DNA of 57,805 bases, counting the filler, from Sphacelaria rigidula (Eukaryota): NCBI GenBank assembly GCA_964200075.2. It is 9 parts of 9 records of this genome, joined end to end, with 100 filler letters (N's around TTAATTAATTAA, not from the genome) between each part and the next. Parts side by side here need not be neighbours in the genome. Positions count along the whole stretch, not along the records: positions 32,172 to 38,505 come from CAXNAA020020717.1; positions 38,606 to 44,939 come from CAXNAA020020718.1; positions 45,040 to 51,372 come from CAXNAA020020719.1; 6 more parts are not named here. The stretch is one strand, 5' to 3'. Position numbers and translations under genes: made by a program. Under the pieces are notes generated by a model that had not been told where the DNA came from, did no database searches, and was given only the letters and a program-made list of their open reading frames with translations. Below, one piece after another: positions 37,740 to 48,433 of this stretch (position 1 is its first letter; each line of letters opens with the position of its first letter).

Positions 37740-38410
37740 CCCCCCCTCCTGGCCTGCTCCCTGCGGGGGTGGGCCGAGGACCGCTAGTGATCTTAAACCA
37801 CACATAAAGACCACTGAACCAACGAAGGCGGAGCAGGGAAAGGTAAGGGACACGGACCCGAGCATCGTGTCGACGTGTGCTCTGAGGTTTGGGGCGATAG
37901 GAGATAATGGGGTCATCAGACACAGTGTAACTCATATCGTACTAAATTTTCAGATACCACCCCCTTCCCCCGACTGCCCATACTGGGGTGGGCAGAAGTC
38001 TACCTGTGATCTTAGACCACCATTCAAAGATCAGTCAACGACGGTGGAGACACGAGTACGAATCTCGTATCGACGGGGAGACTAGGTTAGGAAGATAAGA
38101 GACACCACGATCACAAGAGTGGCGTGTACTTCGTTTCGGAACAATTTAGCGGCGGCATGCAGTTAAACGCTAAGGCACCAGTCTGGACGCCGGGGCTATG
38201 CAGCAGCGGAGAGCGCAGTGGGGACAGCCTAGAGAGGAATGGAGGGGCTGCACATTGCGTGGGTACGCACACCAGGAGCGAGGAAGGAGTAGAGTCGGAC
38301 AGAGCAGGAGAGTTGCACCTGCCTGTGAAAAATGACGAGCACCGGGCTAGCAGTAGTCAGAGAGTCCAAAACGCGATACAATTAAAGCAAATAAAGAAGG
38401 GTAGGAAAAG
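37740..38410 (+). mobile_element. Putative 5' end of a non-LTR retrotransposon (duplicated structured leader plus ORF N-terminus), interrupted by SINE
   Basis: Two copies of a C-rich/hairpin/GTGATCTT module, then an open frame from ATG 38157 (MQLNAKAPVWTPG...QLKQIKKGRK) cut by the SINE at 38411; LINE assignment is inference. Confidence 0.45.
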
Positions 38411-38505
38411 CCGGTCGCCCCGGTGGCTCAGTTGGTAACCTTGTAACCTTCTGATTGTTGAGTAGGGGGGTTCGATTCCCAGAGCGATCTGGAATCTTTT
38501 CTCAC
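38411..38505 (+). mobile_element. tRNA-derived head of SINE family 1
   Basis: A box TGGCTCAGTTGG (38424-38435), B box GGTTCGATTCC (38469-38479); no acceptor-stem closure; continues into the SINE body seen at 25347-25637. Confidence 0.85.
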
Positions 38506-38605
38506 NNNNNNNNNNNNNNNNNNNNNNNNNNNNNNNNNNNNNNNNNNNNTTAATTAATTAANNNNNNNNNNNNNNNNNNNNNNNNNNNNNNNNNNNNNNN
38601 NNNNN
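38506..38605. other. Artificial contig linker
   Basis: N44-TTAATTAATTAA-N44. Confidence 0.98.
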
Positions 38606-38673
38606 TCCCTGCAATAAAGAAATGGGACTTCAACCTCATTTTATGTTTCAACCCCAAAAATTAGGATCGGCTG

Positions 38674-40229
38674 TTCTATCATGTTACAACCGACGACGTG
38701 ACGGAACAGCCCCTCCGATTGACCGTGTCTACCATCTCCGGCCACCAGATCACTCGTGGTCGAGGTGGCAAAATTGCTGTCATGTAAAAGACACACTGGC
38801 AAGGTCTTCGGAGAGCGTCTTGGGAACGCGAATCTGACCTTCAACTGCACCGCCGTGCAACCCTCCTGTGCTGGACGCAATCCCAACATCAGCATCTTGC
38901 TCACAACAAGAAATATTGCAACATGCGTCGTAGTGCAGCAGTCTGCGAACTTCGCCGCGATCAAGGACTACGCTTTGTCACCGATGGCTACGAACTTGTA
39001 CTCACCAAGCGAATACTCCCCAAGGGCGGTTACCTTTGGTTCAAAGGCAGCGACAACCTCTGGTGGTTGGGTCAGACCCACTCCGCTAAGCTGGTTTCTG
39101 CCGACACATACATCGTGCGCTTCATCGATGAGCGTGGACCCAGCTCAAGCTTCGGCCAGCACGATACACCACCAGCCCATTTGCACCACGCGGATCCCGG
39201 TGCCTTCAGCAACTCAAGTCAAAAGGACTTCACCGCGGTATCCAGCGCAACATCGACCACGCCCACGACGTCCACGCCCCGCTTTGAACCACGCTCCTTC
39301 ACTGTAACCTTTCTTCCCTCATTTAGTATTTTGCCCACAACAGGACACCTTAATGAGGGACCCACAACAGGACTACTTACATCGGACGACGATCGGAGAC
39401 TACTAGGAGGCACCGACCACCTACGACTACTGGAGCTCTAGTACTCCCCTTTTGGCTGGCGCTCGATCTCGTTGGATCACCGATTTTCAGATTTTAGTTT
39501 CCTTACTTCCGACCAACATGCGTTGGTGGCTACTGATCTTGCCGTTTTATCTTTGAAATCTCGCAGGTAAAAGCTCTGCTCCCTGTTGTACCTCCCTGGT
39601 TTTCCCCTTCGTCTTGCTAGGATGCCAAAGCAATTTGTGCTTCTTCGTTGATCGCTAGCACGCAGGAGAAGTTTGTGCTCCCGCGTTTCGAAGCAGTTTT
39701 TCTGCTCCTCGAAGCAGTTATGCTTTTCTTATATTGAGGTGTGGGAATGGGTAAGGGAGTGTTTCCTTAGGTGTGCCTTATTAGCCGCTCATGACTTTAC
39801 AAGTAAAGAAAAGCCTTAGTTTTCGCTGCTTTTGAGGATAAATCTTCGCAGCTGTAATAAAGGTTCGTCTGGGTGGGTTAGTGTCATGAGGAGCATATAA
39901 GCCTGTTACCATGCTGCCTCAGACCCGTCGGTGAGTCAGGCTTTATATTTCATTCCAGGCTATTTCTAAGACTAAAGGTCTGTTTAGAGTTGGTCAGATA
40001 CGAGTGTGAGCTTTTATGTAGCAGGGATAGAAAAGCAGGCTGGGCCCACTCGGCCCAATACGTTTCATCGTCGGCAAGGAAGTCTCACATCGGTGAGACT
40101 GACTGATTGAGCGAGAGAGATTCAGCACTAAGAGAACTTAGGAGATCAAGGAGTTCAGTAATCAAGAAGAGATATTATCATATCTATGCGTGAAACTCTG
40201 ATATCTTGGACACGTAAAACAGGGCAACA
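38674..40229 (+). mobile_element. 3' end of a Ty3/Gypsy element: chromodomain plus Tudor-like tail (38674-39220), PPT and 3' LTR (39760-40229)
   Basis: FYHVTTDDVTEQPLRLTVSTISGHQITRGRGGKIAVM*KTHWQGLRRASWERESDL (chromo), then KGGYLWFKGSDNLWWLGQ..DTYIVRFIDERGP; GGGAATGGGTAAGGGAG precedes TGTT...AACA. Confidence 0.8.
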
Positions 40230-40847
40230 TTACCAGCGTTATGTGGTGCGCTGCAGTGGTGCCCTGCCTTACAGCTTGGTTATTAAGCCCCTTGTTTGGC
40301 CCTCTTGCCTTGCCCAGTAAGGCGTGCTCGCCATACACACGGCTTCACCCCATTACAACTCCAGTACATACGGTCGCTGTACTACGTACCGTACTACCAA
40401 TCAGCCAAGCTCAACCTCCAGAAGTAGCCACCAACCAGCAGCATTACACCGCCCTATGTTCTCTGTACTGTTGCACCACCCCTGGGCCCCTTTCCTGCAA
40501 AATGCGAACGAGTTCATGCCCTCCTCATAGGCAGCCAGGCGTCGATGCCGGGACACTGGCACAGGGTAGTAACGAGAGAGAAAATGAATCTAACGTGGAC
40601 GCACGTTGAGAAACCTTCGCTGATCTCGGATTTGGTGTTAAGGGTACATCTGGACCCGTTTCAACAAGTGAACTGCTCGCTTGTGATGATCTATATATAA
40701 TGTGGTGGCCGTATCACCCAAACGTCCGTAACAACCCCACCCCCACCCCTCACCCCTCTCGAGAAATTGCGCCGTGGGACTGTAAGGCCGTGATATAGTC
40801 CCGAGAGTAGGCTCCGCGCCCAAGGCCTTGGGCAATTCTCAACTATT

Positions 40848-42282
40848 CAAGGGTAGGTCCGCTAGCTAGAGTATACCCAATACTCGGTATTTTTGAAAAG
40901 TCATACTCTTTATACCCAAAATTTGAGTAGAGTATTTGAGATCGTATCCAATCTACCCGAGATTTGGGTAGAGTATTCGAGATCATGCTCAATCTACCCA
41001 AAATTTGGGTAGAGTATTGAAGTCATACCGAAGTGATACTCTATACTCAAGAATTACTGAGAGTGCTTACCTAATATTGTGTAGAGTATTTGAGGTCGTA
41101 CTCAATCTACCCAAAAATTGGGTAGAGTATTTGAGGCCGTACCCAATCAACCCAAAGTTTGGGGAGTGTACTGACGTCATGCCCAAGTGATACTCTATAC
41201 CTAGGTATTGCTAAGAGTGCTTCCCCAATATTGGGTAAAGTATTTAAAATCGTACTCAATGTCCCCAAATTTTAAGTGCGTATTTGAGGTCGTACCCAAT
41301 CTACCCAACATTTGGGTATAGCATTGAGGCCATATCCAATCTACCGAAAAATTGGGTATAGTATCTGAGGCCGGACCCAATATACCAAAACCTTGCGCAT
41401 AACTTTAGTATTCAAGTTTGTACCCGAAGATACCCAAACCGCCTGTACATCACGGACCACGGCGGTCTGTTTTGGGATCAGGTCTATCACTCCTGACCCC
41501 GTCGCGCCTTTTTCTGTTATTTCCCCTTGCGACTGTTGCGGTGTTCACATATCTTCCACCGTTTCCACTGCTGGGTCCCCCATAGAATACGTAGTCAGTT
41601 GTGCGGCCTATAGAGTCGCTCATTTTTACAATACCTACCCGACTGCCCGTCTACTCGATAACCCAATGATGATGAGTAGAGCTTTGTACCGAAACTGATA
41701 TGGAAGAGGATGCGAAGTATGAGGTTTGAGTATGGATATGTACTGCCGGGGGTGGGGCAGGTAGGTTCATGCACCCGCACGCTTTTTATGTTTGTTTATG
41801 GCCACCGTTCGCTCATACTCATTGTAGCCTGTGACGTGACGTCACTCATCTCATTGATGGCCAACGTTCGCCCATATATTCGACGTATTCTGTGAAGTGA
41901 GGTCACGGAGTCGCCAATCGTGACTCATCATACCCAAGTGATACTCTACACCTGAGTAGTACTGAGACAACATACAAAATATTGGGTAAAGTTTTTGATG
42001 TCATACCCAATCTACTCAAAATTTGGGTGGACTACTTGAGGTCACACTCGATTTACCCAAATTAAGGGTAGAGTATCAAGGTCATACCCCAGTGACACTT
42101 CGTACCCAGGTGTTGCTAAGAGTGCTTACCCAATATTGGGTAGAGTATTTGTCGTCTCGATCCACCCAAAATTTGGGAACAGGATTTGAGGCCATACCAA
42201 ATCTACACAAACGTTGAGTAGTAAATACCCGGGTAATTTACCCGAGTATTCGAAGGTGTATACCCTACCCGATCTGCCCTTG
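40848..42282. mobile_element. hAT-like non-autonomous element filled with a ~41-bp minisatellite; unrelated insert at ~41440-41925
   Basis: TIRs CAAGGGTAGGTC...GATCTGCCCTTG; flanks CAACTATT/AAAATATT (degenerate 8-bp TSD); many TTGGGTAGAGTATTTGAGGTCGTACCCAATCTACCCAAAA-like units. Confidence 0.8.
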
Positions 42283-42669
42283 AAAATATTCACTCGAGTC
42301 CTGCCAATGACGCAAGCATGTGCCATTATAGGTGCGACAAATTCTCAGTGACACCGGATAGGCAACACTTGCAGGTTATCCGGCAATTACTTCTTTTGTT
42401 CTGTAGTACCAAACGGTGACAGAGTGAAATATTCTTTGTCTTCATTGGTCATGAGGATAAGCACCGAATTATCAAAATATCGAAAACCAATGAGGAAAAA
42501 TCGTTTCTTGCGCAACGATTTGTGCGTCATTTCGTCTCGTACCCATGCGCACGAGCACTTTGTATGAAAGAACGCACCATGTTACGGTACATGCCCCCTT
42601 CACTGTTACCAGGAAAAACACGACTCAAACCACAAATAATCCAGACTCCCCAAGGAAGGACGCTCAGAC

Positions 42670-43800
42670 AACATGATCATGGCATCGTCCGTACGCCTCA
42701 ACCACTATATCAAAGACGCATACCTGATGAACACGCTAGAATACATTCCTCCGAACAAGTCAGTGTTGATGCCACCGATCACCGAAACACGTCAATGCTA
42801 CTACCCGCCACTTTCTCAGGAACGAAGCAGTTAAGTGCCCTCTCTTTCATGGACTACCTTCTACAACAACGACTCGGGTTTTACCCGGTGAAACACACGT
42901 GCACGCTGCACAAAGATTGCGAGACCATCACCCCCGCGTGGGGCCTTGTTGACCGCGATGGACGATCGTCCTTTCACCGGATCCCGCTGCTTTTTGTAAC
43001 CATGCTTTTTTTTGTCTCCCTTCGAACCCCTCCCCTTCCTCTGGAGAAGTCTGTGGTATCGAAGGGTCAAACCATCTCTCTCCCGGTACACTCCTTACAT
43101 TTTGGTACCGCGGGTGGGATCAGCACTTCTGCACCGCGACGACTCTCTTTCTCCCTTTCTCTCTCCCTTTCTCTCCTGACAAACGACAGTTACAGAAACG
43201 CTTTTGCCACTTACGTTCTCACCTTCTCACATACGTAACGACGGAAATTATATGACGTTTCCAAGAAAACAAGACGCTTCTGCCCACGCTTTTCTTCTGG
43301 CTAACAAGAGCCCCCTGTATGGCCGTAGGCTTGTTTCGCAAACGTGGGGCAAGCATCAAAGACTGTTTGCCGGACAATCTGCTGAATCCTCCGAGGTGAT
43401 TCCATGGTGCTCCCCCGCTCCCTTCCCCCCCTGACAGCAGCGGCACAATGATATCAACCACCATATGGTGACTGTGCTCTCGCACGCAACTAGCCAGCCC
43501 CCCGTGATGTCGACGCCCCCCGTTCGAGGTACCACGAGGTACCGGGGCTCACCAGCCTTCACTGCTCGGTGTGACGACGTAGCCCTTCTTCGGCCAAGCA
43601 TCGTGCTCGTACTGTCCCTTGGCCATCACCATCGCCGTTCTCAGGAGAGTCAGTTTTTCTGACAACGCCCACGAAACCAGACTGGGGTGCTCCAAGTAGT
43701 TGTGGAACCTGCAGTCCGCACACAAGTTCACATAGGAGCATTGTTTGTTGGTTCGGGGGTCAGTCGTCTGACCTATTCCGCAACGAGCCATCATTGCCAC
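42670..43800 (+). pseudogene. Possible highly decayed Gypsy relic
   Basis: Fragments RLNHYIKDAYLM, LSFMD..LGFY..ITPAWGL (RT-like) and SPAFTARCDDVA..GHHHRR..HETRLG..W..SHRSIVCWFGG (echoing the chromodomain region at 38674), in shifting frames. Confidence 0.3.
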
Positions 43801-44868
43801 CGCGCACCACCATCACCAACCCGATTCGTTTGCCTGCCCAGTGCGTGAAGCGATGTGTCTAATTTACTCCGTGTACACGACCTAGGCCTATATTTTCATC
43901 CAGAACAGTCTTCGATGTACATGGGCCGGTCTCCCACAACTTCTGTGTTCAAGAAAGATCGTTCTTACTTGGCATGCCTCTGCGTCCTATAAATCCATCG
44001 TGGATGAAAACGGAACAGGTCCTCCAGCATGCGGTGGGCCCCTCGATGTTCGTTCAAACGAATGTACCTATCAAAACGTCTACTGCTTGGGGTCACTCCC
44101 ACCACAAGGTACGATAGGGCACACGATCCACACCACACGTGCGCGAGAAGCAAGCCAAAGATCTACGACAAGGAAGAGCAACGACTAAGATAAAAGGGAA
44201 AATTACACGAACGTGCTCATCACCCAACGATAAGAAGCAGAATCGGCCGGGTAAATGTGATAGGTCGAGAAAAATACGGTACCGTAGTGACGTGCATACC
44301 TCGGCGTAGGTAGTCCTCTCTCCTTGTGAATCCTCGAACTTTCCCTGAACAAGGCCTTGAACACCTCTTCGGACTTGGATACTTGATGGCCCTCGAGGAA
44401 GAAGCCTGGCCATCCGAGAAAGCGCGAAAACACGCATAGCACACGCAGCACCCGTGGGTGTGTCTCTCAATCATCACATATGCTGGCCTCTGTATAGAGT
44501 GGCACACGAGAAGACATTCTGAGTGCCCCCCCGCCCCCGTTTTGTAGGGATGAGAGCTTAAATGCCATATGACTACGACATGCAAGATCATGAGTATATC
44601 CCCCTCCGCCCACGCCAGTACACTCCGCCCACGACAACGAGGCACGGGGCTTGTCCGGCAATGACTGCAATCACGGTGGCCTCAGAGTCTCCTCGGAAAC
44701 AGCACATGCTTGCGCAGAAAAAGTATGCATTACTCCACCAAGCAACTTAGACAATTTAAGATTGCACAACGGGATATTTGAACTGTCCTGTAGCCAAGGT
44801 AGGAATGTAACTAGGTTCGCTACTGCGAGCAGCCAATGTATGAATTGCCTACAGAAATGTTATCCATA

Positions 44869-44939
44869 CCGGTCGCCCCGGTGGCTCAGTTGGTAACCTC
44901 GAAACCTTCTGACGGTTGGGTCGTGGCTTCAAATCTCGG
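44869..44939 (+). mobile_element. tRNA-derived head of SINE family 1
   Basis: CCGGTCGCCCCGGTGGCTCAGTTGGTAACC identical to 38411-38440. Confidence 0.85.
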
Positions 44940-45039
44940 NNNNNNNNNNNNNNNNNNNNNNNNNNNNNNNNNNNNNNNNNNNNTTAATTAATTAANNNNN
45001 NNNNNNNNNNNNNNNNNNNNNNNNNNNNNNNNNNNNNNN
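44940..45039. other. Artificial contig linker
   Basis: N44-TTAATTAATTAA-N44. Confidence 0.98.
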
Positions 45040-45639
45040 ACAGCTTGTACACAAGCCTGCACAAGCCGGGAAAAGCCGTTCAGACACGTGCTGCACGGTA
45101 CAGTACCTACTATCGTCATTATCCATCTGATCAGCGAGGTACCTACCCACCCAAAATGGGGTACCCCCCCACCCGTCGCTCAGAATGAGGTTTTCGGGAA
45201 TTTGGGGCGGTGAATAGCGTATTCCAGTCTGTACGGCCCCTTGGCCTCTCTCCTCACTTTTCAATTTCATCCCCTGTTTTCCTATGGAAAACAGGGATAA
45301 AACAGTGATCTGTTGGGACACCACCCACCCACCCAGCAGAAATTATTTTCAGTCCGAACATTTCTCCGAAATTTATTAAAATCGGGAATATCCAGAAGAA
45401 ATGAGTGTTGCTTAACCGCTCATCACCAGTTCAAGCAACTCTCATTCCTCTTCCTATTCACGACAAGTGTACTACAAAGGCTGCTTAGGAGATGAGTCGA
45501 AATATGGAGGCTGTTCATATTACACACCGCACTCCGTTTTTTCTTCTCGACTCTCGGGTGCTATCGGACTGTGTGTACTCCCGCTTAATTTCAAGAGTTT
45601 GTGGGTTGTGGGTTCTCCCCCCCCCAAACACCTCTCCCT

Positions 45640-45945
45640 TGTTGCATGCGTTCTGTGGTGTAGAGTATTGAACCGTCTGCAATTTGCAACTCCTCTCAAC
45701 TTGTGAGCTGTGAGATGTGGCAAGGCTGTCCATACACCTTATTTCGCTCGCTAAATGGAAGGGTATGATAAGGTAGTGAAATCGTAGATTAGGTAGTTCC
45801 ACCTGTACACCTGCATTTGCATGCGTTTTGAGATGTGAACTTTCAAACTGTTTGCAATTTGCAACTCCTGTCAACTTGTGAGCTGTGAGATGCGGCAAAA
45901 CCGTTTGTACACCTTGCGCGTGCTACATGGTCGGGTATGTAAGGT
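45640..45945. repeat. Tandem duplication, ~176-bp period
   Basis: TTGCATGCGTT...TGCAATTTGCAACTCCT(C/G)TCAACTTGTGAGCTGTGAGATG..TACACCTT..GGGTATG present twice. Confidence 0.8.
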
Positions 45946-48192
45946 AAGGTTGGGTACTACTTTTTTTAGTGCTATCTCGAATCACCGCGTTTGTAGAGGT
46001 CGGTCTGCTTGATTGATTGCCGTGCCTCTAGTACTACGCGGTGGTGAGAGGTGAGTTGATGGGTGTGGCTCAGCAATTTGACAAGCCATGAAGGTGACCC
46101 GTGATGCAATCCACAGAGGCTGATTTCGCGCTGACCTGAGCACATGACCACTCTTATCTCTCAACCTAAAGCATTTCACCTGCTATTGCACTCCTTGCAC
46201 AGCCCTGGCGTCCCTGGCGTCCAAGTAACATCTTGTTGTTTGTGCTTACGAGCGCCTCGACCAGTGTAGTAGGTGTCGCTGTTTCTGCCTTAGCTAAAAG
46301 ATATCTAGTGTGCTCCCCACACGTGTGTACTAAACTGGTGTTCGCCAATGTGGAAGTCGTGAGACTCCCGGTGACGGTAGAAACCGTCGAAGGTGGCCGA
46401 TGATTTCCCTCGGATTATGTAGTCAAGGACTGACCGTAGGTCGTGGGGTTGAGGCAAAGTGGATCACTCGGGAAAGCTCGACGAGCGCGAGCGAGTTAGC
46501 CCGATGACGAAGTCTGAGAGTCTTGGTCAAGAGTGATCCCCAGGGATAGCCAGCAGTTCGCTGGGAAGATCCCTGTTACCTTGGGGTCCCAGATCCGGCT
46601 GTACAGATATGGAAGTTTCGGGGCTCCTGCGAACTTACCCCTGTAAAAGCCGTTCACTAGGTTACACGTCATGAAAGGAAATCTCTCCGCACATGCCCAA
46701 ATGGCGATCTCCATAACATTTACGAAATACTGATTCATCTAACTGGTAATATCTTCTGTCCTGCGGTGGGTTTTCTCCGCTACCATGGGTACTTTGTCAG
46801 CGGTTCGGATGGTCAGGTTCTATTTCTGCTCCGATATACAAGGTCTGAGCTTTCCCTCCCCGCCTCTTGAGGCCACCCCGATTCAACCATCATTGGAGAT
46901 CGACGCCCCAGTAGGCGGATTAAAATGGACTATTTGTATGCCACATTTGGGATTCAGAGCAGCTCTTTTCTCGCTACACAAAACGCCATTTTCCACATTC
47001 ATGTGGATTCTGGGCATCCATGTAGAACACAATCCGGGAGAACCCCTGACCGCCTTCGGTCCTGCAGTTTATTGCGTGCAAAATCAATATGTTCCCTGTA
47101 CAGTATGCAGAACCGTGGAAGTGGGTCGTAGTACACAGTAACCACCTTTGGATCAGGGCTCTACAAAGTATTTCCGTCATGTTTACATTTGCACCATCGA
47201 ACGAATTGATCCTTCTTCATTCGCAGCGGAATCAATCGCTTGTACCGGGAAAATGGGTGAAGAGTCGGAGCGTAGGGGGATCTGCGGTTTGTGTATCGGG
47301 ACGAATCTTTACATTGTCACATAATGAAACGGATACAGCGGTCGGATTACAGCGAAGCAGGAATCGGGCTAATCATAGTTGCTGCATAGCAATGGATATG
47401 GGAACTGGAGAGAGAGATTCAGCTGCACCATGATTCAGAAAAAACGACGGTCAGTGCTATTCGGCAATATCGTGAAGCAGCGTAGACAGCGTTTTTACGA
47501 TCCTGTGCTGAACTTTCAGTATAACAACCACCTAGGATTCCGGCCTCATGAGATCGAACGTGAAATCTCAGACCTTGTACTCGTACGTACTACTACGGGG
47601 GAAATGCAGCAATTAACCCTTAGACCGCGAGGTTAGTCTTTTGGCGAATCGGCATCAATTTCAAGTGGAAAAAAGTATTCATGAGCCTGAGGTATTTTGA
47701 ACTACGGCGCGGTCCTGTAAGCACGCGGTCCTCTCACGCATTACCGGAGGATTCGGGACTGTCAGTACCACTCAAGAACACAATATTGGTGTTTGAATTC
47801 ACATCAACCATATGGGTACTTCGAAAAATCGAAAGAATTTGTTCATACATTTGATCGGGTCAAAAAATTCAGTATTTGTGCCCCTTCGCTGCATGTACGG
47901 CACGTTCGCTGCACGTGGGGTACATTCTCATCGTGGGCCATGTGCGTTCGTAACGCACCCCTAATAAGCGCTCCAATCAGGCTACAGTAACGTAGAACGA
48001 CTCTAAGGTGCGAAACGCTGTGCGCACCAACATATTGGCCAAGTCATTGTAGGGACAGAGTACGACCGCAGCTCTCCGGGCCACCTGTCGATCTGACAAC
48101 TTGGGCAACTGATTATTCGTACCGAGGGCACGTGCATCGAGTCAGTTGCAGCGACTGACTGCTCCGTCTTCACCAATCGACAGAGTAGCAAC

Positions 48193-48433
48193 ATGAGGCA
48201 GATGATTTCGGCAACCGGCGTTGCTCTGACGTCCTTGCGCCTGTTAGGCTACGCCGTCCTAGCCTGGACTCTGTTCTACTTGGCAAATGCCCGCGGCAAG
48301 TGGTACCGAGGACATTTCTTCCCCAACGACGACCTGGAGTACGAACTCAATGTGGGCGTGGCCATCAGAAGCTCCCACAACCAGAAGGCCATTTTTCTGT
48401 TGCTGTTTCCCATCCTAGTCGTCGTCCTCGGAG
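48193..48433 (+). CDS. Probable first exon of a membrane protein, possibly ferric-chelate reductase (FRO)-like
   Basis: GC3-rich codons; two hydrophobic helices LRLLGYAVLAWTLFYL and IFLLLFPILVVVLG separated by KWYRGHFFP; G|GTGAAC donor; layout resembles the plant FRO N-terminus. Confidence 0.55.

Noticed and set aside
37740..38033. HDV-like or hammerhead ribozyme, or Helitron 3' end (hairpin + CTAG)
   Set aside because: Could not fit the nested P1/P1.1/P3 pseudoknot or a CUGANGA..GAAA core; homology continues past the CTAG and copy 2 lacks it
38417..38490. Functional tRNA gene
   Set aside because: No acceptor-stem pairing or terminator; continues into a dispersed SINE body
40920..41390. CRISPR-like array of semi-palindromic repeats
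   Set aside because: Units are contiguous and degenerate with no unique spacers, no cas genes, a eukaryotic context, and TIR boundaries
41666..41698. C/D box snoRNA (ATGATGA..CTGA)
   Set aside because: Boxes only ~25 nt apart, no terminal stem
42522..43238. 238-aa ORF as a host gene
   Set aside because: No family signature; includes a CT microsatellite; better explained as a decayed retroelement
46166..46738. Helicase motif VI-like GRQGRQG
   Set aside because: Arises from a 9-bp tandem duplication (CCCTGGCGT x2); no other helicase motifs
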